Assembly: GCA_976226885.1 (NCBI GenBank)
Contig: OZ320315.1
Location: 18,662,001-18,726,000 of the forward strand
Reading direction: 5' to 3'
Origin: Iphione sp. A-MEVVRFRX5
Lineage: Eukaryota
Length of the DNA: 64,000 nucleotides
This document shows, piece by piece, positions 36,991 through 48,469 of this stretch (its first letter is position 1; each line of letters starts with the position of its first letter). The notes below the pieces were generated by a model. That model was not told the origin of the DNA, did not search any database, and was given only the letters and a program-made list of their open reading frames with translations. Position numbers and translations under genes: made by a program.

Positions 36991-38136
36991 TCAGAAGACT
37001 GTTTCATCCAGGAATGTGTTTGGTGCGAACTTCATTAAGACTTTGTAACTGTAATGTATTTGAGAAGAGAAAAGTGTTGCGATAGACTTGAGTCTGAATA
37101 TTTTGAAGTCGAGTTGTGCCTGCAAACATGTGAAACATATGTCGCATAGACAGGATGCGTCGTTTTTGGATGTGGCTATGGAGTTGAGAATGTGATATGG
37201 CATTTGTTTACAATGACAGAACGTGGGGACGTTTTCACTGTTTTTTGTGCGGTCGAGATATTGGAAGAATTGTTTGATACTGTGAAGCGTGTAGCCAGCA
37301 CAGTTTTTGTAGCATAGTGGATTGTGTTGTTGGTAGACAGCGAGGCACGCATCTGGATTGTTTTGTGGATATGGGCAACCAGTGATGTCTGTACAGTATT
37401 GTTTGATACCTGCCCAGAATGCTTGTGAGAATGTGGGAAATTCTATTTCCGAATAAATGATTTGGGAAATAGAATCAGGTTTTTTGCGAAGGTAGAATTG
37501 AAGATTTGTGGTTGGAATGAGTTCCCATGTGAAACGGTTTGTGCATGAGTATGAGAAGGCTTGTGTGTCTGAGCGAGTCTGAATGTCGAGTGTAGGGTAG
37601 AGATTTTCTTTGTTTGGTTTTGTAGCTTTTTGAGTTTTGGGATGTGCTGATTGTTTTGAGTGTTTGGATGAATTGGTTATTGATTTGGCAGTGCTTGTTT
37701 TGTTAGATGGCTCTGGTGTTGGTGTTGGTACTGGTGTTGGTACTGGTATTGGTATTGGTGAAGTTGGTGGTGGTGGTGGTGCTGGTAGTGGTGATGGTGG
37801 TGTTGGTGATTTTGGTCGTGGTGGTGGTGGTAGTGATGGTGATAGTGTTGGTGTTGGGTCACTGTTTGCGGTGCATTGTATCGGTGTGATGTATGCGGTT
37901 GTGGGATTTGGGGTGTTTGTGATTCGAGGGGGAGAAGGAGCGATGCTGTATGTACTTTCGAACGTGATGATTTCATCATCGTCACTGTTGTTGTGGTCAT
38001 TGTTGGAGGTGATGAGGTTGGACACATCATTTTGTTATTTTGATGTTTCTGGAGGAGGAATGTCCATTGGGGGACAGACGTCTTTTCCATCCTCAAAGAG
38101 GAGTTCATGTAGTTCATTGAGTGAGTCGGTAAGCAT
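36991..38136 (-). CDS. Pro-rich protein with Cys-rich C-terminal domain, probable Polinton accessory gene (one in-frame TAA at about 38035)
   Basis: MLTDSLNELHELL..PPPETSK*QNDVSNL.., poly-Pro, ENLYPTLD, then a Cys-rich region ending CHC..CLCDICFTC; co-oriented with pPolB. Confidence 0.55.
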
Positions 38137-38451
38137 TGTTACAAATGTTAGATTTTGTTAATGAATACACGAGATAACGATAACGATAGATACAATGTAA
38201 TAATATATGATAAATTTGATACAATAGTAGTAGTAGCAGTGGTGGTGATAAATAGTTTTTTGTACAGTTCTCAGGAAAGTATCACTTGACCAGATTCGCA
38301 GACCTCGTACGTAAAACTCAGTCGATTGGCTCGGTGCTCCTCTGAGCAAGATTTTTTTTTGGTTTTTTGTTTTTTGATTTTTTTGGGTTATTAATTATTT
38401 TTTCTTAATTGCTATCACCATCACTAACATCATATACAGTGTGCTCGTTTC

Positions 38452-39680
38452 TTACAATGTGAGAGAGAGAGAGAGAAGAGAGACAACCTTAAATACTTTG
38501 CGTTTGATATATTGATAACCAAGACCCTTTTTGGGTTGTTTAAATGTGACTACATGATGATTGATAACTCGGAAGGAGGTATTGCAGACATCATGACTCT
38601 TTTTAGATTCAAGAACTTCATTATAGATAGCGGGTGTTAGATTATTCTGTTTTTGAATACTTCCCTTACAACTAATTTTTGTTTTTTCTCCTTGCTGTAC
38701 TATGTAACATTTCGAGTTGAGAGAAGTCATTTGATCTCCTTCCCACTCGATTTTGAAAAGACCTGGGGTGCGTTGATCATATTTTAATCGTTCTTGGCAG
38801 CAAGGGGGTGGTATCCATGGTAAGTCAAATGTTCGAGCTGCCTCATAATTTTTTCGGTGGTGAAAAATATCACAGGATTCTGATGGAAACCATAAGTGCC
38901 TTTCTTTGAAGTATTCTGCTTTGAGATGAGGCTTAACTAAATTATCTAATTTTGTATCACTTAGAGCTATGTAGAAACTGTCTGTATCCATTTCACAGAG
39001 CTCAAATTTTTTTAGATCAAAGAACTTGAGTAAGAAATCATAAAAGAAAGATAACATTTTTAATTTAGCATATTGATATACCATGAATCCTATTTGAATA
39101 GGAAGATCATGAATAATTTTGGTGGGGAGTGATGTAATTTCTATTGTGTTATCACTTATATCTTCCACATGTTGAACAGACCAGTGAAGTAATAAACGTC
39201 TAGCTTTCTGTGGTGAGACATAACGTGTCAGAGTAAAATTTTGTTTATTCGTGATTGTTTTTCCATAGGAGCTGTTACCTAATAGTTTATAGAGATCAGA
39301 CAGAATTTTACAACTCGTGTCTTTGTCACCCATGCGTCGAACTTTTGTAACTTCATTAACAAAATTGCTGAATGTACATTCTGGAAGATATTCAACTACT
39401 AGGTGAACTTTGCTGACTACTAATCCCTTATTAAGATACCATTGCAATAAGGGAGTGCCTAGTAGAATTTTTTCACCGAAATAACTCCCTATTAGTTGAC
39501 GTTGTGGTCTTTTCAATTTTTCGTTATCTTCTAGGTAGGTTTTCATATGTGCTCATACATCATTTCGACTGACTTAAACATTTTTAAAAATAGGAGTCAT
39601 TTCGGAAAAGGTTTCACGTAGTTCTTCAGGTGTATGAATATCAACTTGTGCTAGACTGGTAATATATCATACATCTTTAA
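38452..39680 (-). pseudogene. Polinton/Maverick (adintovirus-like) protein-primed DNA polymerase B, C-terminal half
   Basis: VDIHTPEELRETFSEMTPIFKN, LIGSYFG, KLLGNSSYGK, EMDTDSFY, TPGLFKIEW, LNSKCY. Confidence 0.92.
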
Positions 39681-39967
39681 GAGTATTTGCTACCAGTATG
39701 TCCTTGTGTAAGTCAATCTTATAAGTAACAAATAAACAACAAATCAATAGATCAATATAGTCAGTAACACTATCAGACTTTGTGGAGGGTGTCAGCTTAA
39801 GATGAAAAAGATGGCATCTTAATATTAATCATATTCACTTCAGAATAGATCATAAAACGAACTTTCAATCATATACGTTCAACAGCATATTATGGCTATC
39901 ATCTTTCTTACACATCATTACAATTAAAATTGCGAAGCAGATACATTAGTATGTTATCACATCGTAT

Positions 39968-40599
39968 GGATCTCATCCAACATCCGATGTGAGTAAATAC
40001 AAATATATATAGAATATCCTATCACATGATATGGATCTCATCCAACATCCAATGTGAACGTAGATACATATAAAGACATATTACAGTACTGCTTAGCTTT
40101 TGTTTCAATAAATCTATAAACACTGAAATATGTTTCAATGAGGGTCAGATTTTGTTTTAGCAGATTGATAAAGAGCCGTTAGAAAAGGATCAAATCCCAT
40201 TTCTAGCATATTGTATTATATTACATCTTGGTAAGTTGCATGTAAGAGGTAGGTTATAGTAATAGAGCAAAAATGGATCACATCCCAGTTGCGTATCATA
40301 GAGTCAAACTTATAAGTGTGCAAATACCGGTATTTCAAGATCGGTGCATAATGGTATTTATAAATAATTCTACAATTAATTGGATCACATCCCTTTAATT
40401 GTATCTAAAGTTATTTCTATATATTTATATATAGGGATCAAATCCCCAAACCAGGATACAAGTAGTGTCTATTCTGGGTATTTTGTCATTCATTAATACA
40501 TTTAAATAATTAAGAGTAGTTGTTCATTTAATAGGATCACATCCTTTTTGTATCTAGTGTTATATCATACGTAAGTCTTGAAGTTTTAGGATCAAATCC
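39968..40599 (+). repeat. Dispersed array of 8 co-oriented GGATC(A/T)(A/C)ATCC motifs in AT-rich DNA
   Basis: Copies at about 39968, 40033, 40187, 40275, 40382, 40435, 40534 and 40589. Confidence 0.85.
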
Positions 40600-40626
40600 A
40601 CAAAGCTCATAGCATGCATTCAAGGA

Positions 40627-41290
40627 ACATCGTAATTCATTACTATTCATTTACTACGACACATTCTTTTCCATAGAGCTTTCATGGCAGTATCAGAATA
40701 GTTTGACTGTTCCACAGTCAGCGTATTCCAAATACATTGGAAACGATACAGTAACGACTGGCGATATTTTTCTTTTTTTGGCCAAATATTCAGGATTTGT
40801 CTTCTCGCACTAGATCTAGTTCTAATATACATGTTCATTTCATTGGCTTGCCCATGCGCTGCTGTGGTTACCAACACCTCTGTTTAGGTTATTGAAACTG
40901 CTTCTAAAAATTGTAGAATCACATATACCTTCTAATTCTTTTCGTACATCTGCGTGCGTTGGGTACATCCTATTCTGATAAGTTATTTTGTAGTACTGTC
41001 TTCTGAGGCTAATTAGTTTATCAACCATGCTGCCAGTGAGATTCACCCGCACAAAAATGCCATATTCTACCAAGGGTAATAATATTGAGTTTAATATTCG
41101 CCAGCTGCATTTGAAATCCAGGTATTTTCTAAGATATTTATAAAATTTCAGTTTCGATCTACCTTTGCAGATTATATCCCAAATAAAACTGTCCCATTTT
41201 AATCTATTATCAATGATAATGCCTAAATATTTAAATTTATCTACATTTTCCAAGATTGTTGCTCCAAGTTTAATTTTTACTTTATGTTTC
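40627..41290 (-). pseudogene. CR1/L2-group LINE ORF2 C-terminal fragment
   Basis: ENVDKFKYLGIIIDNRLKW, ILLPLVEYG. Confidence 0.85.
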
Positions 41291-42430
41291 ACATGTCCAG
41301 AGTTGGCGTAGGCCCGGACCCTGACAAGATCCGAGCAATACAGGCTTGGCCCCAACCCCGTTGTCTGACGGAGTTTTATTGGCCTCTGTTCATACTACCG
41401 CAGTTTCGTACGGGCCTTCGCTACCATCACTGTGCCTTTGAACACGTTGTTGATGAAGGATGCAGAGTTCCGGTGGGACGACCAATGCGATGAGGCCTTC
41501 CAAGAGCTCAAGAAGCGGATGACCAGCGCACCAGTGCTAGGGTACCCTCGGCCTGAGGGGCAACTTCACCTCGATACGGACGCATCAGCAGGAGGGATAG
41601 GAGCTGTTCTCTCCCAGGACCAAGATGGACAGGAACAAGTCCTAGCCTATGCAAGCCGGACATTGACTAAAGCCGAAAGGAATTACTGCATCACCCGCAA
41701 GGAACTATTGGCAGTGGTGTTTGGACTGCGGAAGTTTCGGCCCTATTTGGGGGATCAGAATATGTGCATCCGTACTGATCATAACTCTCTTCGGTGGCTC
41801 TGCAACTTCAAGGAACCGGAAGGACAGCTAGCTCGGTGGTTAGAAGAAGTCTACACCTATAACTTAGAGATCATGCATCGTCCAGGGCAGCTACATGGGA
41901 ATGCCGATGGACTGTCGAGGAAAGTCTGTCTTCAGTGTGGCCGGCATGAGGAAGAGGAAGACAGAACGTCCGAAGAGGTGTGTGCTGTTAGGATGGTGCC
42001 AGTGGGTGAGGGGGCACTCCGGGCGGCCCAGCGGCGGGAGGCGCTATAGGGAAGAATCATCTCGGCAATAGAGCAGGGCCGCGTGCCAGAACAGGATGGT
42101 TCGATCACCCCTGGAAATCGAGAAGAGAGATGTCTCTATGGGGAATCCCCTCGGTTGACCCTAAAAGACGGTATTCTTGACCGGCAGTTTGACAGGGAGG
42201 ATGGCAGCAAGACCCCCCAAGCTTATGTCCCCACGGAGTTACGACGAGAAATCTGGGAGCAGGTACACTCCGGAGCTCTGGGCGGACACTTAGGTGCTAA
42301 GAAGACTGAAGGCGCCCTGCGGATCAAGTATTTCTGGCCAGGCCTAGGACGCGATGTGGAGCGATGGGGACAGCAGTGTTTGACTTGCTAGCAGACCAAG
42401 GACCCGGGGGAGAAGAAGCGGAGCCCGCTT

Positions 42431-45400
42431 ATGGCCAGGCCCATCGCTGGACCTTGGGAGTTCGTGGCAGTAGACATAAGCGGCCCCTTTCCAGAGACCT
42501 TGCGAGGGAACCGCTATGTCCTCGTGGTGGCTGACCATTTCACTAAATGGGTGGAGGCTTTCCCGGTACCAGATTTTACGGCAGAGACAACAGCCCGCGT
42601 GCTACTCAAGGAGGTAGTGTGCAGATATGGCCCTTCCCGGATAGTTCACTCTGACCAAGGGAGGAACTTTGAGTCAGCACTTTTCCGTGAGCTGCTGAAG
42701 ATGTTAGGCATAGAGAAATCACGGACCACTCCTTACCATCCTCAGAGTGATGGGGTGGTGGAAAGGTTCAACTGTACGTTGAACCGCATGTTGGCAGCTC
42801 TGGTAGAGGAAGGACAGGGGGATTGGGACGAGAAAATCCCCTTCGCACTGGCTGCTTATCGGGCCACCCCCCACAGTGGAACGGGTCTGACTCCCAATCG
42901 CTTGTTGCTGGGGCATGAGACAACCTTGCCGGCAGAGTTGATGTTTGGGCAGCCTCCAGAAGAATCAGAACCTCGAGAAGAATTCCTTAACCGGCAGCAG
43001 GGAGAGTTGGTCCAAGCCCACAGTCTCGCCTGGGAGAAGCTCAAGAGGTGTGCCGAGCGACAAAAGGATTGGTACGATCACCGTGTGCGGGAGCACGTAT
43101 ATCAGGAACAAGCTCCAGTTTGGCTATTAGACCCCACGAAGAAAATCGGACGTTCCCCTAAATTGCAGCGACACTGGCACGGGCCATGGGTAATTGAAAG
43201 TTGTTTGTCCAAGGTCGTCTATCACATCGTGCACGGAAGGAAGCGACGAGTGGTCCACGCTGACCTACTAAAGCCAGCAATAGCCACCCCAAGTGATAAC
43301 GTCATAGGGGTGGTCCATGCAGTTTGGGGAGAGGAGATGGAAGAGTCAGAGGCGCCACGTTGGGGGACCAGTGGTGGGGGCTGGTCGGGAGGAGGGACCA
43401 CGACGGGTTCAGCGGGGAAGCAGGGAGGACAGAAGGACCTCCGGCATCCCCCCCCTGAATCGGCCTTTAGGGGTCCGGAGCAAGCCCTGACACTCCGGCC
43501 GGGACACTACCCCCCTCCGCGGTGGTACAGACCTCCTGGAGAGAAGAAGGGTCCCCTCGCCCCGAAGATGGACAAGAGATGGAAGCCGCAGAACATCAAG
43601 GAGGGGGCTTGGGCTAAACTGGTAGCCCCCCTACTGAGCAAGGCGTACTTGGCAGGAGTCATGTCTCTCAATGATAAGGGTGCTAGATATCGCTTGGGCC
43701 ATTTAATGTGGAAAATCAAGGGAGTCCGCCGCAAAATGGAAGAGAGAATTGGAAAGTCCACCACTACTGCCATTTTCCAGGAGTTAAACCAACTGAATGA
43801 GGAGCGTCATCGCCGGTCTCAGGAGTTCAAGTACTCGCACCAAGAGCAGGGAGAGCGGCTGCAAACATTGACAAAGACGAGGTCTCCGCAAGGAAGAACG
43901 ACGAAGTCCGAGACTCCGCATCGAGCAACAACGGCAAAGTCCAGGTACCCCCACCAAGAGCAGGGAGAGCGGCTGCGAACATCGACAAAGAGGAGGTCTC
44001 CACAAGGAAGAACGATGAAGTCCACGACTCCGCACCAAGTGACAGTGGCAAAGTCCAGGTACCCGCACCACGAGCGGAGCAACGTCGTCTCGTCCTGCAC
44101 GAGAGTTGAAGTGGCCAATCAGAATCGACTGTGGGGACATCGCGACCTATATAAGGAAAGGCGTGCGTGGGGACTGCCACTTGAGTTGAGACGCTATAAG
44201 GATGACAATCGAGCTGCGCCCAGACAACTGAGAACAAGAACTAAGCGGGAATCGGAGAGAGGAGGTTCTGTGCGGGGAACCTTGGTTGCCTCAAGCAGGA
44301 GCATTCTTGTCGGAGTGGAGTGTGCGTCCCCGGGCGGGGATAATCTTAGTGCTCCTGTCGAAGCCCCGAGTGGAGTGGCCTGTCTCCATACACCCAGAGT
44401 GAACTCGGTGCAGGGTACCTCAAGCGGGAACGTCGTCATGTCCCCGGGTGGGGATAACCATAGTGTTCCCGCTGAAGCCCCGGGTGGGGTGTCCTATCCT
44501 CGTGTGGAGTACGTTACCCCGGGTGGGGTGGCTCAACCCCACACTGCACTTTCCCCGCGCGGAGAAGATATTGCCTGCCCAGCGTGTTGCAGTCTGCGGA
44601 GAAGGATGCCTTCGAGGAAGCCATCACCCCGCTGTAGCCAGTGCCAGAAGGTGTTTAGGCGGAAAGCCCACCTGATCCGCCATTACCACATGCACAAAGC
44701 GGAGGGTTTCGCCCGGTGCTGCCCCATGCCGCGGTGCAAGGGGAAGATTTTCAAGTGCCAGGACGACTTCCAGCGCCATCTCCAAGGAGTCCACCAGGAC
44801 TTCCAGCCCCATTACCTCCAGATCGGGCAGAATGTGGAGGTGGAATTCAAGAAGTTTTCATCAGAGGCCGGGCCGGTGACAGGCACAGTGGTGCCAGTCC
44901 CTCCACTCCGGCAAGCGGAATACGAGCAGGCAAAAGAACTCGAGGCATTTGAAAGGAAGAAGGAACTGGCCATGATTTGTGGGGAGAAGGTACCCAGTAA
45001 GAAGCGAGCCAAGGGGGCCACGTCGGCGTCGACATTGGAGGAGGAGAACTCAGAGGAGGAGGGCGAGGACGTGGATGAGGAGCTGACCTCGTCAGACGAT
45101 GGCCAGTTACAATTGGTGACGTCGGGATCCAGCAGCAGGGCGGCGTCCCCCCAGCCTTCAACCTCGGGGTTGCAACAAATGGCGGGGCGACGGAAGATGA
45201 CTTCAACACCCCGAGACTCAGAGAGTGATTCGGCCAGCCCTCCTCCCTGGAAGCGCCTGCCGCGACGAGCGTCCACTGCCCGAGGGCGACCGGCCACCCC
45301 CTCGCTGGAGCGGGACGACAGCCGGACCACCCCCGACCCCGGACAGGCAGTGAGTAAGGTGTCACAGAAACCTGTAGTATTGAGCACCGGCAGCCCGGCA

Positions 45401-46837
45401 GTCAGCCTCCCTGAGGGACAGAGGAGTACGGGTAGCCCAGGGCTGTCGCCGGGACCAGGGATGCATGTTCAGCTGTGGGGCCTAGACTCTAGTAGCCGGG
45501 CCTCCACACCCAGTCTTACACCTCAACTGATCGCGGCAGCCCAGCTCAGTGACGCTTGTCACCGCCAGCAGGAGGTTGCCCCAGGAGGGGCCGGAGGAAT
45601 GTCCACCACCACCTCCCCCCGAGTGTCCCTACCAGGGAGTTCGCCCCCGACCCCGGGGAGAGGGTGGCTCCTTCCCGGTGACTGCGGCGCGCCGAAGGGG
45701 AGGGGGCTGGGGCTCGGGTTCCGGTACCGAGCGTCACCCCGTGCCGGGAGCCAGCCCCCCTCATCCCTACCCTCCCCCTCATCAGCTGTTACGGACTGGA
45801 GTGAGGAAGCTGCGGAGGTCAACCGACAGGCTGGTTTAGGCCAGTCTGAGCAACCGGAGGAACCTACAGACTCTGCACTGACAGGGAGGGTCTTTGCTGT
45901 GACCCTCTCGGAGAGAGACCTCCCACCCTCGCTGCCCACTACCCCAGCCGGGGGGGCAGGGACACCGGCCATCATCCATGAGGAGGCCACAAGTAAGGGC
46001 AATGTGGCTGATGAGCGCGGCAATCAGCATGGCAGCCAACCGACGGGAGCAGCCAGGGACGAGGCAGTTGCCACACTGCTGGGTCTCGGAGAGACGGAGG
46101 CCGGGGCTGACGACGCACTGGACGCTGGACCGCCAGAAGAGGGTGGCGACAACAAGGAGGTCCCCCCGGGACCTGGACCGACCACCCTTTCCCCTTCGAC
46201 CGGCGCCCACGGGTCGGAGGAGGAAGGGGGGGAGGGTGATCCACCCGCCCGCCAGTCTCCCGAGCGGGACCCGGCTGGCAACATACACCGACAGTCCCCC
46301 CAGCGGGACGCAGCGAGACGAGGGGCAGAACCACGTCGCGAGCAGGTGGATGTCCTTTGCAAGCTTCGCCCACGTGCTGACCCTCCAGGCCCGGGTGAGG
46401 GAGGGGCTGGCCCACGTGGGGCCAGTCCTCTTCGGGCAGCGACGGCCCCGACGCCATGGCCGGTACTGTCCGCAGCTGAGGAAGAGGAGTTGATTGAGTG
46501 GGCCTACGGTCGGGCCCTCACCCTCGATGAGGCGCCGCCGGCTGGCTGGCACCTCATGACAGCCGAAACCCGGGTCCGGTTCCACCTCCACTCAGCAAGG
46601 CCCCAGGTCCACTTCGACCACTCTGCAGAACTGAGCCCCCAAGTGGACGTGGCCCAGGCCAGTGTGTGGACCTGGTGGCGGGGGAGGCGAGCAAGGGAGG
46701 GAGCCCACATGAGGCTCTCCTACCAAGACGTCATGGTGACCAACGGGGAGGACGGGGTGGCCTCCTTGTCCTCTGAAGAGACCTTTATCGGGGATCAGGG
46801 CCCAACTGCTCCCATAAGGGGCGGGTTGGAGGATTAG
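42431..46837 (+). CDS. Integrase core fused in frame to an extension of about 1150 aa with two C2H2 zinc fingers (1468 aa open)
   Basis: After HWHGPW (GPY/F motif): a 38-aa repeat twice, CSQCQKVFRRKAHLIRHYHMH, CPMPRCKGKIFKCQDDFQRHLQGVH, long acidic and Ser/Pro-rich tracts, and a hydrophobic C-terminal segment. Confidence 0.8.
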   Translation: MARPIAGPWEFVAVDISGPFPETLRGNRYVLVVADHFTKWVEAFPVPDFTAETTARVLLKEVVCRYGPSRIVHSDQGRNFESALFRELLKMLGIEKSRTTPYHPQSDGVVERFNCTLNRMLAALVEEGQGDWDEKIPFALAAYRATPHSGTGLTPNRLLLGHETTLPAELMFGQPPEESEPREEFLNRQQGELVQAHSLAWEKLKRCAERQKDWYDHRVREHVYQEQAPVWLLDPTKKIGRSPKLQRHWHGPWVIESCLSKVVYHIVHGRKRRVVHADLLKPAIATPSDNVIGVVHAVWGEEMEESEAPRWGTSGGGWSGGGTTTGSAGKQGGQKDLRHPPPESAFRGPEQALTLRPGHYPPPRWYRPPGEKKGPLAPKMDKRWKPQNIKEGAWAKLVAPLLSKAYLAGVMSLNDKGARYRLGHLMWKIKGVRRKMEERIGKSTTTAIFQELNQLNEERHRRSQEFKYSHQEQGERLQTLTKTRSPQGRTTKSETPHRATTAKSRYPHQEQGERLRTSTKRRSPQGRTMKSTTPHQVTVAKSRYPHHERSNVVSSCTRVEVANQNRLWGHRDLYKERRAWGLPLELRRYKDDNRAAPRQLRTRTKRESERGGSVRGTLVASSRSILVGVECASPGGDNLSAPVEAPSGVACLHTPRVNSVQGTSSGNVVMSPGGDNHSVPAEAPGGVSYPRVEYVTPGGVAQPHTALSPRGEDIACPACCSLRRRMPSRKPSPRCSQCQKVFRRKAHLIRHYHMHKAEGFARCCPMPRCKGKIFKCQDDFQRHLQGVHQDFQPHYLQIGQNVEVEFKKFSSEAGPVTGTVVPVPPLRQAEYEQAKELEAFERKKELAMICGEKVPSKKRAKGATSASTLEEENSEEEGEDVDEELTSSDDGQLQLVTSGSSSRAASPQPSTSGLQQMAGRRKMTSTPRDSESDSASPPPWKRLPRRASTARGRPATPSLERDDSRTTPDPGQAVSKVSQKPVVLSTGSPAVSLPEGQRSTGSPGLSPGPGMHVQLWGLDSSSRASTPSLTPQLIAAAQLSDACHRQQEVAPGGAGGMSTTTSPRVSLPGSSPPTPGRGWLLPGDCGAPKGRGLGLGFRYRASPRAGSQPPSSLPSPSSAVTDWSEEAAEVNRQAGLGQSEQPEEPTDSALTGRVFAVTLSERDLPPSLPTTPAGGAGTPAIIHEEATSKGNVADERGNQHGSQPTGAARDEAVATLLGLGETEAGADDALDAGPPEEGGDNKEVPPGPGPTTLSPSTGAHGSEEEGGEGDPPARQSPERDPAGNIHRQSPQRDAARRGAEPRREQVDVLCKLRPRADPPGPGEGGAGPRGASPLRAATAPTPWPVLSAAEEEELIEWAYGRALTLDEAPPAGWHLMTAETRVRFHLHSARPQVHFDHSAELSPQVDVAQASVWTWWRGRRAREGAHMRLSYQDVMVTNGEDGVASLSSEETFIGDQGPTAPIRGGLED

Positions 46838-47272
46838 GAATGAGACCGGCTGTGTTTGGACTTTGGGATAGGTGAACGGACGATAACTGAGACGATGCGG
46901 ATGTCCCAGGATCACGGACTGTGCCCTATGGGCACCCTATGTAAATAAGTTTTATCACCGTGGTTGCCTTCAAAGACATGAGTTCCAGTTCCGTGAGTTA
47001 CTTCAGAGACTTGGACCATAAGTCCCCCTTTTCTTTCATAAGCTGGCTAGGGATGTACTTCCCTAAGATGATCGTGACTTTTCCTAGACTAGGTACTTGT
47101 TGGGATTTCCTTGGGATGGAGGGGAGTGCATATCTATCACATTACAGAACAGGATGCCTTTAGGGATGTATTTCCCTATGTTCACTGATACTTACCCTTT
47201 AGTTCAGGATGTACTTCCTGAGGAGTTGTTTAATGGTGACTCGGGGACCGAGTCTTTTAAGAGGAGGAGCAG

Positions 47273-47483
47273 TGTTGTGCGGGGATGTACTTCCCCACAG
47301 TTCATGCTGAGTAACTTGTTCTCCGCGATTTTTGAGGAGTGAATGTCTCCGCATTTAGCTACCCCGCATGTTATGGTTGATGTATAAATATGACTGCGTG
47401 CGGGGACCAGTTCAGTTCACGGTTTGCTCTTGAATAAACAACATGTCTATTTTATTCCTGTGTGGACATCAGCTTATTTGACA
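47273..47483 (+). repeat. Gypsy 3' LTR (TG...CA, about 211 bp) preceded by a polypurine tract
   Basis: aagaggaggagcag|tgttgtgcgg...aataaa (47433)...tttgaca. Confidence 0.75.
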
Positions 47484-48090
47484 TGCTTAGATCGGGTCGT
47501 AACAATATTCAAAATTTCCCTACTATCACACGGTTCCCATCGATCCAGTCTAGTATTATATTTATTTTCCGGAAATATAGCATCTATTTTCGGTATTGTC
47601 TCACTCATCTTAATCCCGATTTGACTAAATTGTTTATTCAATGCATTTGCAATTTCACTATCATTTGTATATAATTTTCCTTCTTTTTCTAATTTGGTTA
47701 TCTTTGAAATATCTTGTTTTTTACTAGGTAATATCTCTCAAAACTTTCCAAAAGGCAGATGGTTGATCTCTATATTCTGATAATTTACTAGCAACAAATT
47801 TTGCTTTAGATTGTTTCAATAGTTTGTTATAGTAATTTCTCGCTTTCTTATATTCCAGTAAATTTATTTCAGAATGCTTCTTTCTCAAATTCATATGCTT
47901 CTTTTCTTTTTCTTTTCTGGCTTTTAATACAGTTGGAGTAATCCATTTTGGCATATTGACTGGAATCTTTTTAATTTTAATTGGTATATTATTTTCAATT
48001 GCATCCGTAATAATAGTGTCAATCTGTCTCCATTGGTCTTCTACTGAATAATGTTTTAAATTATGTTCTTGAAATTTTGCTAATATAAAA
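47484..48090 (-). pseudogene. CR1/L2-group LINE ORF2 tether-region fragment
   Basis: PKWITPTV..YKKARNYYNKLLKQSK..FWKVL; same strand as the 40627-41290 fragment. Confidence 0.8.
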
Positions 48091-48469
48091 CTAATGGACT
48101 ATAGAACATGGACTTGTCCACACACGTTGTTGAGGAAGAGGCATTCTCACTAGAGTTTGTCACAGGACAATCAGTCATTGCTTCAAGGCACAACTGTGGA
48201 AGAGCATGTGCTAAGATGTTTGTATGTGTGTGTGCACGTACACACACAAGACATATAGAGAGAAAGAGAGATTTAATCTAAATGTCCACATGTGTGTGTA
48301 ACAGAAGCCATAATTTCTACATGAATTGTGATCAATTTGTGACCAAATGCGCCAATACGACCACTTGAGGTGTGACCAAAGGGATGGTGGTAAATAGGTG
48401 TTTCACTGTATGCCCTAATGGTTAGGTTCAGTGTGTTCCTGTATTTAGTTGGCTTTCTTTCCTTTCCAG

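Larger units (their letters stand above)
41295..47483 (+). mobile_element. Gypsy/Ty3 LTR retrotransposon, 5'-deleted (end of RT, RNase H, integrase, extension, PPT, 3' LTR)
   Basis: PDPDKIRAI, LDTDASAGGIGAVLSQ, IRTDHNSL, GHLG..CLTC, DISGPF, ADHFTKW, HSDQGRNFES, QSDGVVERFN. Two stops lie in pol (near 42048 and 42390). Confidence 0.95.

Noticed and set aside
37637-38161. His/Gln-rich ORF (37677-38117) and Gly/Val-rich antisense ORFs
   Set aside because: They are alternative frames of the (CCA/CAC)n tract that encodes poly-Pro in the longer frame.
42431-46837. Gypsy extension as an envelope gene
   Set aside because: No signal peptide, furin-plus-fusion-peptide arrangement or TM anchor; the C2H2 fingers point to a nuclear protein.
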